Below, piece by piece: positions 36,087 to 49,569 of a stretch of DNA of 64,000 bases. A program made the translations under genes and the position numbers. Numbering within the stretch: position 1 is the stretch's first letter; the number at the start of each line of letters is the position of its first letter. The notes under the pieces were generated by a model, which saw nothing but the letters and a program-made list of their open reading frames with translations, did not search any database and was not told the origin of the DNA. Origin of the DNA: Phoronis australis (taxonomy: Eukaryota; Animalia; Phoronida); contig NMRA01000008.1 of assembly GCA_002633005.1 (NCBI GenBank), positions 960,642 through 1,024,641 of the forward strand, written 5' to 3'.

Positions 36087-39000
36087 CTGCAAAAGATAGA
36101 CCAGACGAACATCACAAAATAATCCGTAAAAATGGTCTGCAACCATAGAGTGTACTATCGTCAATATATACGTGGCTTCCGTTCTGAGCTGCGTTTCGCA
36201 GACCCAAGAATTTCGCGAGTAAATTGTAACGTGAACACGTGTTTCGTTTGTAATATATGGCGATGATCTCGCAAATTCAGGCGTGATCTTGCATTTTCGA
36301 GAGTTTCTTAGTTCTCCGGAACGCAGGCTTGGACAACGTATGAAACAGTGCATTGTAATCTGATCATCTTTGTAAATTTCAAATCATGACTTACATTTCT
36401 AAAAGTTCGTCTGCGTCGAGAATTCCATTTACACTTAATTTAATAAAGTGTACGGTTGGTACATAACTAACTAGGCATTTTACGGCAAAATGCATGGTAT
36501 GCCCTCCATAAAACAAACACAAGTTACTAATCCATTTCCGTTGGTGGTTGCGTTTTTTGTAATCCCCGTAATTTTGTGGAAATGTTATTTGGTGGATTAG
36601 AATATTAACTGGAGCGTAATCTTTTTACTCCGTTTGATTTCGTTTGTTGGATTTGTGAGTAACATTTTAAAAGTCATTTGACATTTAAAAATAAAGCGTC
36701 CTAGTAGTTTTTTAGCTGATCCTTCCTTTTCTTAGGAAGCCTCGTGTTGAGAAGTTTACTCGTGCTCTACTAGTCAGATTATTACCTGTAAATGCTAGAC
36801 TCATTAAAAAAATGATGAGCTATCAACGGTCTGTCATCAAGCATTGGACCGTCTCCAAGAGGACTCATAACTCACAGAACACGAACAGATTGTTCGGGTA
36901 ATGGAACTTACGCGGTGGAGAACGGAAGCATTTGCCACTTCACTTTACAAGAAAACGTTACAAGCTGTACGGTATTGATAACTGCGGAAACCTGTTAATA
37001 CGACAGGCTTTTAACTCGACTTGCTCTAGACAAGGTTATTTTCCGAATCTTAGGAGTTTAATTAACGGTAAAAGCTGATGCATAAATGCTTTGCAAACAT
37101 TCACACAAAGCGTCGGTTTTAAGAGAAATTGATGGCTATTCCGCTCCTTCAAGGCCAGTTATGAAAGCTGAAAGTCTTGCAGAATTAGCTTAGTTCTTGA
37201 ATATCTTCATTTTGCCAGTAGGAATGCGCCATTACCGATGCACGCGCAGTATTCGAGAATACGATAGGCCTACCGTTGTTTTTCTGTTAATCTGGCAGTT
37301 TCAGACTTTTCGTCCAGGGGGTAATTTAAATGATGTATATTTCGCGACTTTTTACTCACTAAACTAAATTTTCTTTCATGCATTGAGCCTGATCCCAAGA
37401 AATATCGGAATACTTTCCAAGTCCAGAAATCCGACTTCCTATTACAAGCAAAGAACAACACGAGTCCAGTTTTGGAGATAAATGGCCTCCATAAAAACCG
37501 GTTGACTGAAGGCTGGTAAATATGGTAAAAAGTAGTTCAATTGTAAACGAAGTAGCACTTTCGTCGGTCCAAGGTCCAAGCACTTCAACGACCACGATCG
37601 GCGGTAGTCGTACCGGTACGGTAAATAATGGACATTTCAAACAATCTACATGTTTTCACGCGTTAAATACTGAACCCCAGCAGACGTGACTATCACGTGC
37701 CCAGTACCGTGCAGCACGAGTGAGTCATTTTGTTTAATATAACCGTGTTAGCTATTGTTAGACCCTTGCAGAAATAAACTCGTGCTCGTTTGGTTTATGT
37801 TCAGACAGGGGTGTGTCAAAATTTTCTTCGACTCAGTGCAGTCCATTTGTGCTGTTCAACATTTGTCAGCGGGTGTTTTACGAAGTTCGACCGTCTGGTT
37901 TCCGTTTGTTCAGATGTACCAAAATTCAAAATTAAAACTTGACCACATCGCTACGACACTGGTATCTCATTTTCCCTTTCAACGATAGGGCTTCATTTCC
38001 GTTGCCCGAAGCGCACTCGAAGCATTCTTGTGTTGAAAGACGCTTCAGAAGATCAAAGGAACTAACACCCTTCTAAATTTTAAACGCTTGAACCTCTGGT
38101 TAGCCTACTTTTCTGGGAATTCCAAATGAATTGAAACCGATGCTATCACGGCAAAAATATTGCAATTTAATAGTAGGCCTTAGTGGACATGATTGCAGCG
38201 TTTGCAAACCCTGGGGTTATTCCACTAATTTACCTATGGATGAAACTTTGCCATTGGGGGTTCCAAATATTTAACCCGTGACAGGCTTGTCACTTACAAA
38301 CGTAACACCCCCAACTCCACTCCTCAAAGTGACCTTGCTGCATTTTAGCAAATGTGTACCCTGTCATCGCATTTTGCAAAAATTACATCTTAACGTAGGG
38401 TACAAGTTTAGGCTTTGGCTAAAACGTGACCCACATGTCTTCAGCCACACGTTACAGGTGTACATATCGGTTGACAGAAATGCCCTTCCCTATGTCGTCG
38501 GTGAGTATGATGATTTTTTCAACAACTTAAGCAACGTTATCCTGCACATTTTGCGTGGGAGAAATCGTAGCGCAGCTTATCTGGACAGTGTTCCGTAGAC
38601 GGACTCGAGAAGCTCTCGAAAAACGCAGTGACGACTCGGGACTGCTGCAACATATACCGACATGCATTGCAAGAGAAGCCACGTGACTACATTGGTTTGA
38701 CACGCGAGGTTCTTGCGTTTACGGAACCCAACCCTGGTCATTCGCTAGAGAATAAAACTGCCAGCGACTGATCAACTGGCGAGCTGCAAATTGTCAAGTT
38801 TCGTGCATTGTTTATGCAGCATTTACTAGTGCTCATCTCACGAGAGACATGTACACTTAACGTAGAATCAACGATATTTGTCAGAAGTCAATTCCATTAA
38901 CCGTATACTTTCGATGTATGAAGATAATTGCTGCCGAGAGACACTGTTACAACATTGGTTGCGACATCCTAAGAGAAATCAAAAGTTAGGACGGCGATCA

Positions 39001-40821
39001 ATAAATATTATCCAGACGAGTATAGTAGTGTGGAAGTAATTTTAAAAATTGTCAAAGTTAAAATCCTAAAAGGCATGTTTGCTCATAAGTATGGTCCGTC
39101 ATAAAAGAAACGCCCCATGGGTACAAAGGTCTTTTTCTGAGTGTGAATTAAAAACCCCTTTGTCTGTTTTCGCCCACTTGATGTATTTTCTAATCGCAAG
39201 TTGTCAATAGAGTAGAGATGCCCGGGGTTTGCTTGTTATTCATGGTGTATTTTCGAAATTTATAAAACATTTGGTCAACGGCCTTGATGCATTGAAATTT
39301 TAGACGGCAAGCAGAAAATAAAATGATAGGAAGGAAAGTAGAATTTTGTGCAGGGGGTCCTACAAGGGACATAAACTAGGGGTGCTTGAGATTCCTTCAC
39401 TACAGTAACAAAAAGGTAACCGAACATAGGTTCTAAACCCCTGAACCGCCTATGGATCCGCGCCTGGTAAGTTTGTATTTGGTTTTGTTTATGTGAAAAA
39501 ATCCATTACACGTAGTCTACTATTTGCCCTGGAGTTAAATTCAGACTTCAGATCGGCGTGAATTGGCCGGCCTCTTGCAAACAGAGTACCCGTGCCATGC
39601 ATTAGCAGACCACTTGTACTTCTTTTCAAATTACAAATATTTGAACTACTGTTAACCTGAGGACTACCAACCTTGGCCCAGTTGGCTACGAGCCAAGTGT
39701 GTCACAAGGGTATGTAGTCTCAACAGGCCCGACTGGTCGGGACCGGAACAATTTATCGTCTGCATATTGAGTCACACGAGCTTGATAAGACAGCGGGAAG
39801 TGCAACGATTAGTTCAAAGAAGTCTGATAACGAAGGGAAACTTTGCAATTCGCCCTGTGTCTGGCTAAAACGAAAGTTAAAATTAGTCCTAAATATACTC
39901 TGACATAACTGGTCTCATAATATTCCTTGCTGTGAGAGGATTCTCTTGAATTTATTTTAATCTTTTTACTCTCATATTATTGGTCTCGTAATATTGCTGT
40001 GACAGGATTCTACTATATTTTTCATACCAGATCAAGTTACAAGCAATGCCTACGCGCGCTACTTATTTAAAATTCGTAATTTTAGAGTTGGCCATTCCAA
40101 ATAAACCCAGATACGTCTTCTTAGGCGCTGATGGTCTCGGTGCTCTTGTTAGTAACAGAAATAAAACCCTATCATAAAAAGGTATTATCTGATTTTCGTT
40201 TTCTAGCCAGCTAAAAACAGGGCGAAATTAGCTGACAACTTCTTGGTCAATGGTTCTGTCTGAACTAACGTTCACTACCATATCTATTGCTTTCAAACGT
40301 ACGCTGCTATAATGAAATCTGATGCAATAGTTATCGTTTATCGTTATCGCACTTCCGCCCTTATAATCCCGCGACATCGGAAGGTGTGTTTCTAGAACAA
40401 ACAGCAAGAACGTCACAGGTAAAACATACATGACTGATTTTCCGTTGTTACAAGCCCAGTTGGGACGAACGGAACGTAGCCTATTATCTTGTGTCAGTGA
40501 GTGCTACCGGATAACTAAGCGATTACAATTAATGGTTATCTGACTTAATTGCACGATTGCGTAATCCCTAATCGCAAAGTTCAATATTGCAACAAGTACG
40601 AATCGCCATGTTAATTGTGAATGAATCAACGAGAAAAACAAACAAGTTTTAAATGCGCCTGAAATGGTAAGGAACATCAAGTCTGAATCACTGCAAGTAA
40701 GTGAGCGTGAATTTATGAAAAACAAATTAATTTTTTTCCTTTCTTCAAAGGTGGTGTAAGCAACATTGTCTAAAACCGATGTACATCAAATAAATGGTAG
40801 GGTAATTTCAAAAGTACTTAC

Positions 40822-40896
40822 GCCAAATAGTTTAAATGCGTCTGTCGCAATGACAAAGGTGGCAACCAAAGCGAAAACTCCGTAACCGGTCTTCAT
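40822..40896 (-). CDS. Neural/ectodermal development factor IMP-L2-like secreted two-Ig insulin-binding protein, first coding exon (signal peptide)
   Basis: MKTGYGVFALVATFVIATDAFKLFG with gtaagt donor, phase 0 into 36086; hydrophobic signal peptide with A-x-x-A near the likely cleavage site. Confidence 0.8.
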
Positions 40897-43248
40897 ATTA
40901 GAAATTTACTGGTGTCCTATTCTGAAAATACAAGATGAGACATTAGAACGAAAGCAACAGATAGACGTTAAATGGCAACGAGTAATTGTCATGACGAAGC
41001 AAAAAGTATTTGTAAATTTTAGCTGTAAACACCTGTTGAATTCGATAGGCTCCGACTCAAATGGAGAAGAGTCGGTGGAATCGTGCTCTTTTATGATGAC
41101 CATCGACGCTTGGGCAGGTTGCCAAGAACCCTGGACAAAATACGGCGCATGCGCCTTAAGGAAAATGCAAAATTTCGACTAAATCTCCGCACTTTTCAGT
41201 ATTCGGTCTTCAAAAGGGTTCACGCCGACAATTTGATGACCATAATAATAAATTTTGTCGTTGCATGCATGTGTTAAGGTGAACAAAATCAATAAGTGTT
41301 TAGAGTCAAGCCGCAAAATTACAGTGGGTTGTGATTAATTAAACTCATTAGGCAGATTAATCGGTTTTCTTCATTAGTGTAAATTGTACAGCATTAGAAA
41401 AAGTCACGCTAGTCACAGACACGAACTGAACAATCAGCTAAAGCGGCATGGTGTCGATAGACCAGTTCAATAGTTATTATAGGCACAATTTGTCCAATAA
41501 TTCATTAACCTACAATTAGTAGCTTAGATCGCTCATTAGCAAGTAGTGTCTGTTAACTCATGACGTAAGAGTAGCCATTCTACTACGCGTGTATTGCGTG
41601 TCCGGCAGCAGACAGAGTTATTGGGTAACTGAAGGTCAATATTCATAATGGTAGCTAATACGCTAATGTAGCGTGAATTACGGCCAGCTTGTAACAGACC
41701 GGCACCACATTGTGGTGTGGGTATCAATTGCTAATTACAATGTCGTGATGAGGCCCAAAGGTTCAGTAACAATCCCAAATGTAAGAAGTGGAAAAATGCG
41801 AAATTATAACAATATACATATATATATATTACGTAGCATTATTATGAGTATTTTTGAAAAAGGCGGGGAAAATAATAGTACATGCTCGAGGTGCGCACGA
41901 CCCAATACGTTTTCTTCATAACGCTCAATAAGCTATGGAAATTGCAATCTATGTATCTTAATTGAGAAAGAAGTTATTATCTGCCGAGAAAATTAGACGA
42001 GCGGTTGAAGCGTTTCATGTGCTTTAACCCCAAGTACTGTATTTTAAAAAAGGAATTGGTCAAAAGTACAAGAAGCAACCGGACGCCCGTGAGCGCTTTC
42101 GCAGCATTTTGATGGTCTTCTAATCTCACGTAAACCTTGTGCGTTATAACTTTAAAGAGTATGATTTTCTTACGAAAATTGCGGAAGTTATTTTCTCACT
42201 AATTGCATTTCCTTTTTCGCGCACCGCAATTATTCTTCCTACGAGTAAATTTCATTTCTCACGAAACACAGTTCCAATGACTGATATTTGGTAAGAAATT
42301 AATTCTGTTTGTTTGAAAAGAAAAGCGATTAATAAGAAAAGACATGTGTTCATTTCTCAACAAAATATTTCTAGAGCGTGAAAAAAGAAATGCTCGTGTG
42401 AGAAAAAACGCTGTGAGAACTCCCATGCGGATAGTGAGAGAAACTAGTTTATACCGCATTCGTAGACCTGAACAGCGTAATTTTAGTAAACCGCGAATAC
42501 TAATGTACTCCGTTAATTACAATTTTCGGATAAAATGCAAACATTTGTGCCTTCGTAATTTACCACATCACGCAATGAATAATCAGTGTCAATAAGTTTT
42601 TCAGGCTTCATTGGATATAATTTGAATTTTTCGTGCACTTCTTACGCGATCGTTCTTCGATCAATCAAACTCAGTAGCGTAAAGGCATCACGCATACCCA
42701 TTCATAAATTTCAGACAAATATTTATCTATTCATGCCTTAGTCGCCCTCAATTAAGAACGGACAATAGCGCCTTGGAGATTGACAAAAACTACTTTAAAC
42801 ACGTGCAATGGATCTACCCTGCGCCGTCGTAGCACACTCGCGACAAATGTCCTTACGTCAGGATCAATGCCCGGTCAAGGATCCATCACCTTACGATCGT
42901 GGTAAAACCATCGGCCAGGCCGACCTTTGAACACACGTGCTCATTTTCCATGCCACGAATAATGTAGCGTGCCTGGACAAGTACGAACACAAATATTCTG
43001 GATAAAATGTTACGCTATCTAATTGTCGTAGATCAAATAAAAAGTCTTGGCATCAGGAGGAAATATGACCATTAAAATAAAAATCAAAATAAAAGGTTTT
43101 CAGTGTAGAAATAAGGCCTAGAAGATAAATGTTTTAATTATTATATATTCAAAGCCAAATTTTAGTAGCGAAAATTTTCAAGACGATCTCACCCACAATG
43201 TTGAGTGGAAGTGACATGAGAAAATTGAACTTGTACAGTAATCCTTAC

Positions 43249-43475
43249 CTTGCCGAACGTTTATGACGAAATACACGTGATGTTCTATTCACAGCTCAAA
43301 CTGCGTCACTGTCCTTCACCTGTAAGTTCTATTTCTGACTAAACAGTTACGAGCACCAAACTTTTATACGGTTGTTAATCTACAGGTGACGTCACTTCCG
43401 AGGCATGGAACGCAAAATGTGCGTAAGTATTCGTTCGTTCCCAGCGGACGCCGCCTCTGATTGGACGACGTGGTT
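43249..43475 (-). promoter_or_regulatory. Putative IMP-L2-like promoter and non-coding first exon
   Basis: On the minus strand: CCAAT (~43460), overlapping ETS-CRE CGGAAGTGACGTCAC (43386-43400), TATAAAAG (43361-43368), then a strong AAG|GTAAGG donor at 43248; acceptor near 40922 just before the ATG. Confidence 0.6.
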
Positions 43476-46069
43476 TGGTAGTCTTATCAGCAGACTAATC
43501 AAAATTGATCGCGCAAGAATCACTGGACATTCGGTCGTCAGTCATATGACCGGCAGCGAAAGGCAAAGGATAGCTGGATAATTGACCACGCATATGAATT
43601 GTGATTTGTAAGCTAGTACGAAGTACAATGTACACGAGATGTAATTACTGTCGGCAATAATGCATACCCCTCCAGAAAAATCGCCCCTGGTACAATTAGA
43701 CCTCTGCGATACAACGTCATTGCTTCACCTCTTGAGACTGAAGTTCTCAGTCAGACTGGAGTGAATTAGATTGACATTTTCATTTATAAAACCTGCGTCT
43801 TCGGAAAACGTGACGATTACGAGTTTCCTCAGAGCCGGCCATCTCCTTTAGCCATTTATCAAGAAAAGCTGTCCGGTCTTGTTAAGATAAACTTGATTCT
43901 TTTTTCCAAGAACACTATAATATCGAATTCCACTATGTCAACAAAGGTTTAGAATACAGTGACAAGAACATAAATAGAACATTTTTCCTTTAGTGGTGTC
44001 TTATTGTTTTATCAAGATCACATGGCAATGGCTAATCATGTTCTGTAACGAAAGACGGACCCAACCTCAAGTTTTGCAGTCACGGCGTCTAAAAAAATGT
44101 CTGACGTTCAGATTCCTTGTACCCCAGCATACCCAGTCAATCAAGTACACTATTAGATGTACGCTGAAATATATTTTCAATATTAGTCAACTGTATTAAC
44201 CCGTAGTTAGATTTTAAACAAAGCAAGTCAGATGACACCATATTTTCAGCGCGTGAATGAACCCATGGTTATTCATAAAACTGTATGACCATTCAGAATT
44301 GTCTGATGCGGTGAGAATATTCACTTTTATCTTTATAAAATCCTATTTTTTTACTTTCACATGTTGTGACTTCAAAATGGATAATTTTTAAAGTAGTTAA
44401 GTTATCTCACTATGCGCGTGCCACAACGGAACTACTTCTCTAAGCTTCCTCCAAAATACTAATTTTTACCATTTTTTTCATTCCAGTATCATTCTTGTCA
44501 CGGTTATAAATCCTATCCGATCATTTATCCATTAGGTGCACCTCTCGTCTCCTTACTATATCAACATAAAATCCATTGGAATTTCCCTGGATCCATTTGT
44601 GAAAATCCTGGGTGCGCCTTATCAGAACATGCTGAGTGATATGAAAAGCCGGCTTCAGAAGACAGCGCTTCTAGTTCCTTCGCGAGAGGGTGCGGCACTG
44701 TCGTTAAAATATCTGCCCTATCGTGTTCGTGCCTATCAGATATACCCTTCACTGTGAAATGTTTAGAATTGTGTCCGTGCTGTAGAGTTTGGCGAAACAG
44801 AACAGATTGACATTATCACTCCGGACCGCCTCGTCCACACCTGGTCTGTATGCCAAAGACGGGGGGTGGGGGAGGGGGGGGGAACGAAAAACCTCTGGAT
44901 TTTAATCCCGAAGAATTCCGTCTATTTGAATACAAAGTCGTTACGACACTTTTTAAAATAATGTGATTAACAACTTTCGCATTTTTCAAGACTAGTGTTT
45001 GCTGTTGAAACTTAAAAAGCTTGAGTTACATAGTCTCACCGAGTTCATGTACTTTAATTTTCAAAACTCAAAATCGTTGACTCGACCCTTGAATTTCGCC
45101 TGTAGCCGGGCTGGTCTTGAAACACACTTTAAGGGACAGTAGTGTGCCACGGCCAGGAAGAGAGGCAGTGTGTAATATAAACAGTTACTCAACTTGAAAT
45201 ATACAGTAATGTATGAGAGAAGATGGCCGCAATAGACAAACCGTAAATATCAATAATTTTGTTTTGAGTCAAGATTTATTTCTTATTGGAAAACGTAGCC
45301 TAAGAACTTTTCCAAGGAGCTTGCCTTTTCGTTCTTTAAGCTTGATCCCATTCAGAAAACATTAATGGACTCACAAGTACTTGCATACTACATTGCAATG
45401 TAAATAGCTTACTACAGTTCTTGAAAATTGTCTGTTCGTCCAACAACTTTTATTTACAATGCTAAAACATGAGTTAGGATTTACGTAGATTCTGTGCGTT
45501 TCGTCAACACACAATTAAAGAAAATCGAAGGCAAAATATGATTTTATGCATATTTAACGGACCGTGTTTTCGTCATTGAATCGATTCCAACTAAAACGCT
45601 ATGCATTACAATCACAACTGAGTTCCGAATTATCTGGATTAAATCGGGGGTTTACCTCCTACTACTCATCGAGAGGCATTCCAACTCGAGCAGTCGAACC
45701 ATCCGTGACGTAACTGACCAATCGATTCCTACGTGATACTGAACACGACAAAATGCTACGTTGATCACATGTCTGTTTCAAAACTGCGATATTTGCATTT
45801 GTGTTTTGTATTGTGACTTCCATTTCAATCAATAAATGTATAAAACGCACTTCGAATGCAACTTTTTTTAGAATGTAGACAAACTTTGATGTCAGTATTG
45901 TCAGTACCTTCATATGTTTCTTATTTTGTGCTTTTGTTGTAGGAAAGAAATAAACTGCCTGGGAATGCAAAAATGACGAAAATTTTTTGAGTGCCCCTTA
46001 ACGAAATGTCATTCTTCCCCCAAGCCTCGTAATTACTTCTAATTTGAGATAAGAACAAGTTGAAACCAT

Positions 46070-46215
46070 GGTAGATTTCAGTAACGCTAGGACCTACGCT
46101 AGGACCTCGCTAAAATCTAGTCAAAATCACGTGTTCTCGTTTAAAATACACGACAATATCTCAAATAATCTCGCGAAGTCTTGGCCTTAGCGAGGACCTA
46201 GCGTCACTGAACTCA
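46070..46215. mobile_element. Harbinger-like MITE, copy 1
   Basis: GGTAGATTTCAGTAACGCTAGGACCT..AGGACCTAGCGTCACTGAACTC; same family as 49415-49569 and 61063-61203. Confidence 0.8.
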
Positions 46216-48296
46216 GGGCAGTTTTATGTTAGTGGCGAAACGTTATTTTTGATGGCTGGTGCGTTCATAACAACTTTCACATTTGGAATTCAGTTGTCAG
46301 CAATTCGCTTGAAAAAACTTTCAGCTTTGTGGAATAGTTGATGGCATCATGCTACAGTATTCTACTAATAAAACTCAAAAGCCACGTTTGTGCCATTTGA
46401 TTTTTTTGTACAGGAACTGAGTCCATTTTTTGGCCAGACTGGACCATTGTGGACAGTCAACCTTGACTGGAAGGTGTACAGAATTGGCGTGTTGGGAGAG
46501 CTCAGTCACATCTGTCCAGCACGTCATGAAAATGAAAATCGTGCAAAGTAAAATCGATACTCAGTGCCAGATCAAGCTACACTTCTTGGATAAAAAGATA
46601 CTAGACAAGCACATCTCATATGCACTATAGAATGACAACAGTTGTAAGGCAAGCCCATTAGACTGGGTCCTCAAGGTTATGTAATATCTTGTCGACAAAT
46701 CTATGCATTTAGCCGAACGTCTACAACAGAAATCTCAATAACACTGTTAAGTTTTCTAAAATATTTCGTTTTCATTTCATGTTACTTTATCATAAAAATC
46801 CTAATTTGACAGCCCCTCGTGCAAAAGTGCAACATTCTAAAAAGAGTTACTAAAAGGGTTTTGGAGAAAAGAGCATAACGCATAGTAAGTGTAAATTTCG
46901 TTTCTGAGGTATGACAGTCCAAAGTTAGTCAAATTTGCTTTTTTGTTCTAGAGTCCAATACAATTTCAATGTAAAATTATGTGTGGAATCTTCATGTGAT
47001 GTTTACGAATGCTTTGCAGTTTTTTCCGGAATCTTGGAAATTCATCCCATGAATATAGCAATTGCGGAATTATAAGTTACCTTCACTCGAGTACAAACTT
47101 TGCGAAATGACTTGCCACGAACGGGTCTCATATAATGTTTATGTTCTGGAAGGTGCTAAGTCCGGGATGCACGCGCGCTCGCTCGATCTCTCATTTAATT
47201 CAGTTACTAGCTGGATAAAACCCTGGTTGACATTGACAGTAATTTGTGTTTGTTAACATTCATCAAACTTCTTTCAAGGTTTAACTTTACTGCTTAAAGT
47301 GCGCAACACAGTTAGGTTTTGTAACCGCATGCATAACGGACAATTGAAGTTTTAGTCTTCAGGGTATTTTACTTGAAACATCAAATTCTAATTATAATAT
47401 CCCGCAAAATGACTATTGCGTCCACAAATAATATTACGCATCTACTCTTGATATCTACCTATTGGTTTCAATCCACTCAGGTTAGAAACCATTTACGTTG
47501 CGGTTTACCATCTAATTATGTACACGCGTCGTTGTAAACGCCATCTTGGACAAATTTGCGATGGAATTTAAACATTTTTCCACTTGTCAAAAAGTATGCT
47601 GTAAGATTTTCCGCAGGTATATAATGCCGTGGTTTGATATTAAACATTCTTGAGTCAAGCGTGCTTGCTTAAATGGGGGAAGTCCCATGCTGTGTCTTTC
47701 CGCTGCTAGACGACGGGGGTGAAAAATCACACCCTCGTAAACGCATATTTAGCATGACGTACAAATAAACCTAACCTGTAGGCAATGTGCTTAATCGACT
47801 TGGCCTACTACTCTCATGGATCGAAAGTGTTTGCTAACTTTTTACATAGCTGAGAAAAAAATGAAAACAATGGGACATTAGAAGATCGAGTTTTAACGTC
47901 AGTGTATCGACAGTGTAAATGTTTACAATGATAAGTAATCGATAACCGAGTTTCGGACAAGATAAACTACTTATCTTTTGTCGTTTATTTAGTTAAAGTG
48001 GATTAAATTTAGAAATCTCAAGATCATATACCCGTGATTCGTTGGCCACTTGCCAGGATCTGTGGAGGGGTGTGTGCATGATCGGCTGGAGGGTGACAGG
48101 TAGCGCGGGGTAGACAAAAATGTTGTGGAAATTGTAGAGTTAAACGGGTAAGAGGGGCTCAAAAAACGGTAAAAACAAAAGGTTACAGTCAGGTCGAGTA
48201 AGGACATTACCAAAATGAACATTGGGGATGAAAAATCAACCACAGCGATGAATATGCCCCCTGCCGGACAATGAGAATGATAGTAATGAAGAAAAC

Positions 48297-48357
<61 letters not shown>
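48297..48357. repeat. (ATG)n microsatellite, ~20 units
   Basis: Direct observation; explains the poly-Ile ORF 48207-48395. Confidence 0.95.
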
Positions 48358-49414
48358 TTGATTACGTCAATTAAATAGTAGGAATAACTGCACACGTGAG
48401 TTTACGGCTCTTCTAAAAAGTCTATATTCACAATTTGAATAATCATCTGTGGTAATATGAACCGCCATACACGGATATAGTTACATCGCCAAACGGAGAA
48501 GTTTTGTCTTCACGATTTCTCCAAGAATTCGTCATCAACAATAGGTTGCCGTGAAATGAATTTTCTGTGACTCCAGATTGAATGTCGTGTTACAGTGTGT
48601 GGGCCGTGTTGCCGGTGGGACAATGACTATGCAAACACATTATTACACAGTGCCTGCCCCAGTTTAAACGCGACGGACAATGGTCTTAAATGCATTCCAC
48701 CCACACCCAGACATTATGTCCTCCGGGCTAAATAAGCTTTACACAATTAACGACCCTTTATGTGGCGATAAACCAGTATAATGGTAAAGTCGCTTGTGTA
48801 CTTCTCATGTTGAAATCCTAGGATATTCCTGTTAAATAGGTATACGGAGCGTGCCGTTCAGATTGGTGACTTTTTCAAGACCAATTTCCCTGAGAGTTAA
48901 GGACGACATTTCTGACAAATCGTATACCCTTCCCCTATTCGATTCCTGCATAACTTTACAGAAGTGTATTTAATACCAATATTTTAAAAACTTTAGTTGC
49001 AAGAGATGCGCTCATTTTTTATAACACGGCATTTATCCTATTTTTAACTATTTCAGTCTTTGATGTGTCGAAAAGACATTGAACTGCCTACGATGAGAGG
49101 TTAGGTGCATGGAACCTAGCCTCAACAGAATGACATTACTTTTTCAAGAAAGCTCCCTAGCCAGGATTTTCGAAAGAATCTCCACCAGCATAATCCCCCG
49201 TGGGGGCTTTTCTGGAAACAATTCGACCAACCCCCCTCCAAAGGGATTCTTTCGGGATTGTTTTAAATGAATGTCACGGAACAAAGGCACTGGGAAATGC
49301 TACAAAACATCACTATTTCCCAATAATATGGAGTCTAAAAAGCGGTAAATATCATTTCAAGTTATCGATGAATTACTTGCCAACGCCGGGAGGCGTTGCC
49401 AAACTGCCGTTAAA

Positions 49415-49569
49415 GTGACGCTTGGACCTCGTTAAGAAGCAAGACTTCGCGAGATTACGTGGGATATTGCCGTGTATTTTAAATATGTGATCTTGGCTAG
49501 ATTTTAGCGAGGTCCTAGCGAGGTCCTAGCGAGGTCCTAGCGTAGGTCCAAGCGTTACTGAACTCTACC
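49415..49569. mobile_element. Harbinger-like MITE, copy 2 (inverted relative to copy 1)
   Basis: GCAAGACTTCGCGAGATTACGTG..GATTTTAGCGAGGTCCTAGC (x3)..CGTTACTGAACTCTACC followed by CTG. Confidence 0.8.

Noticed and set aside
48207-48395. Poly-isoleucine membrane-like ORF
   Set aside because: Artefact of the (ATG)n microsatellite.
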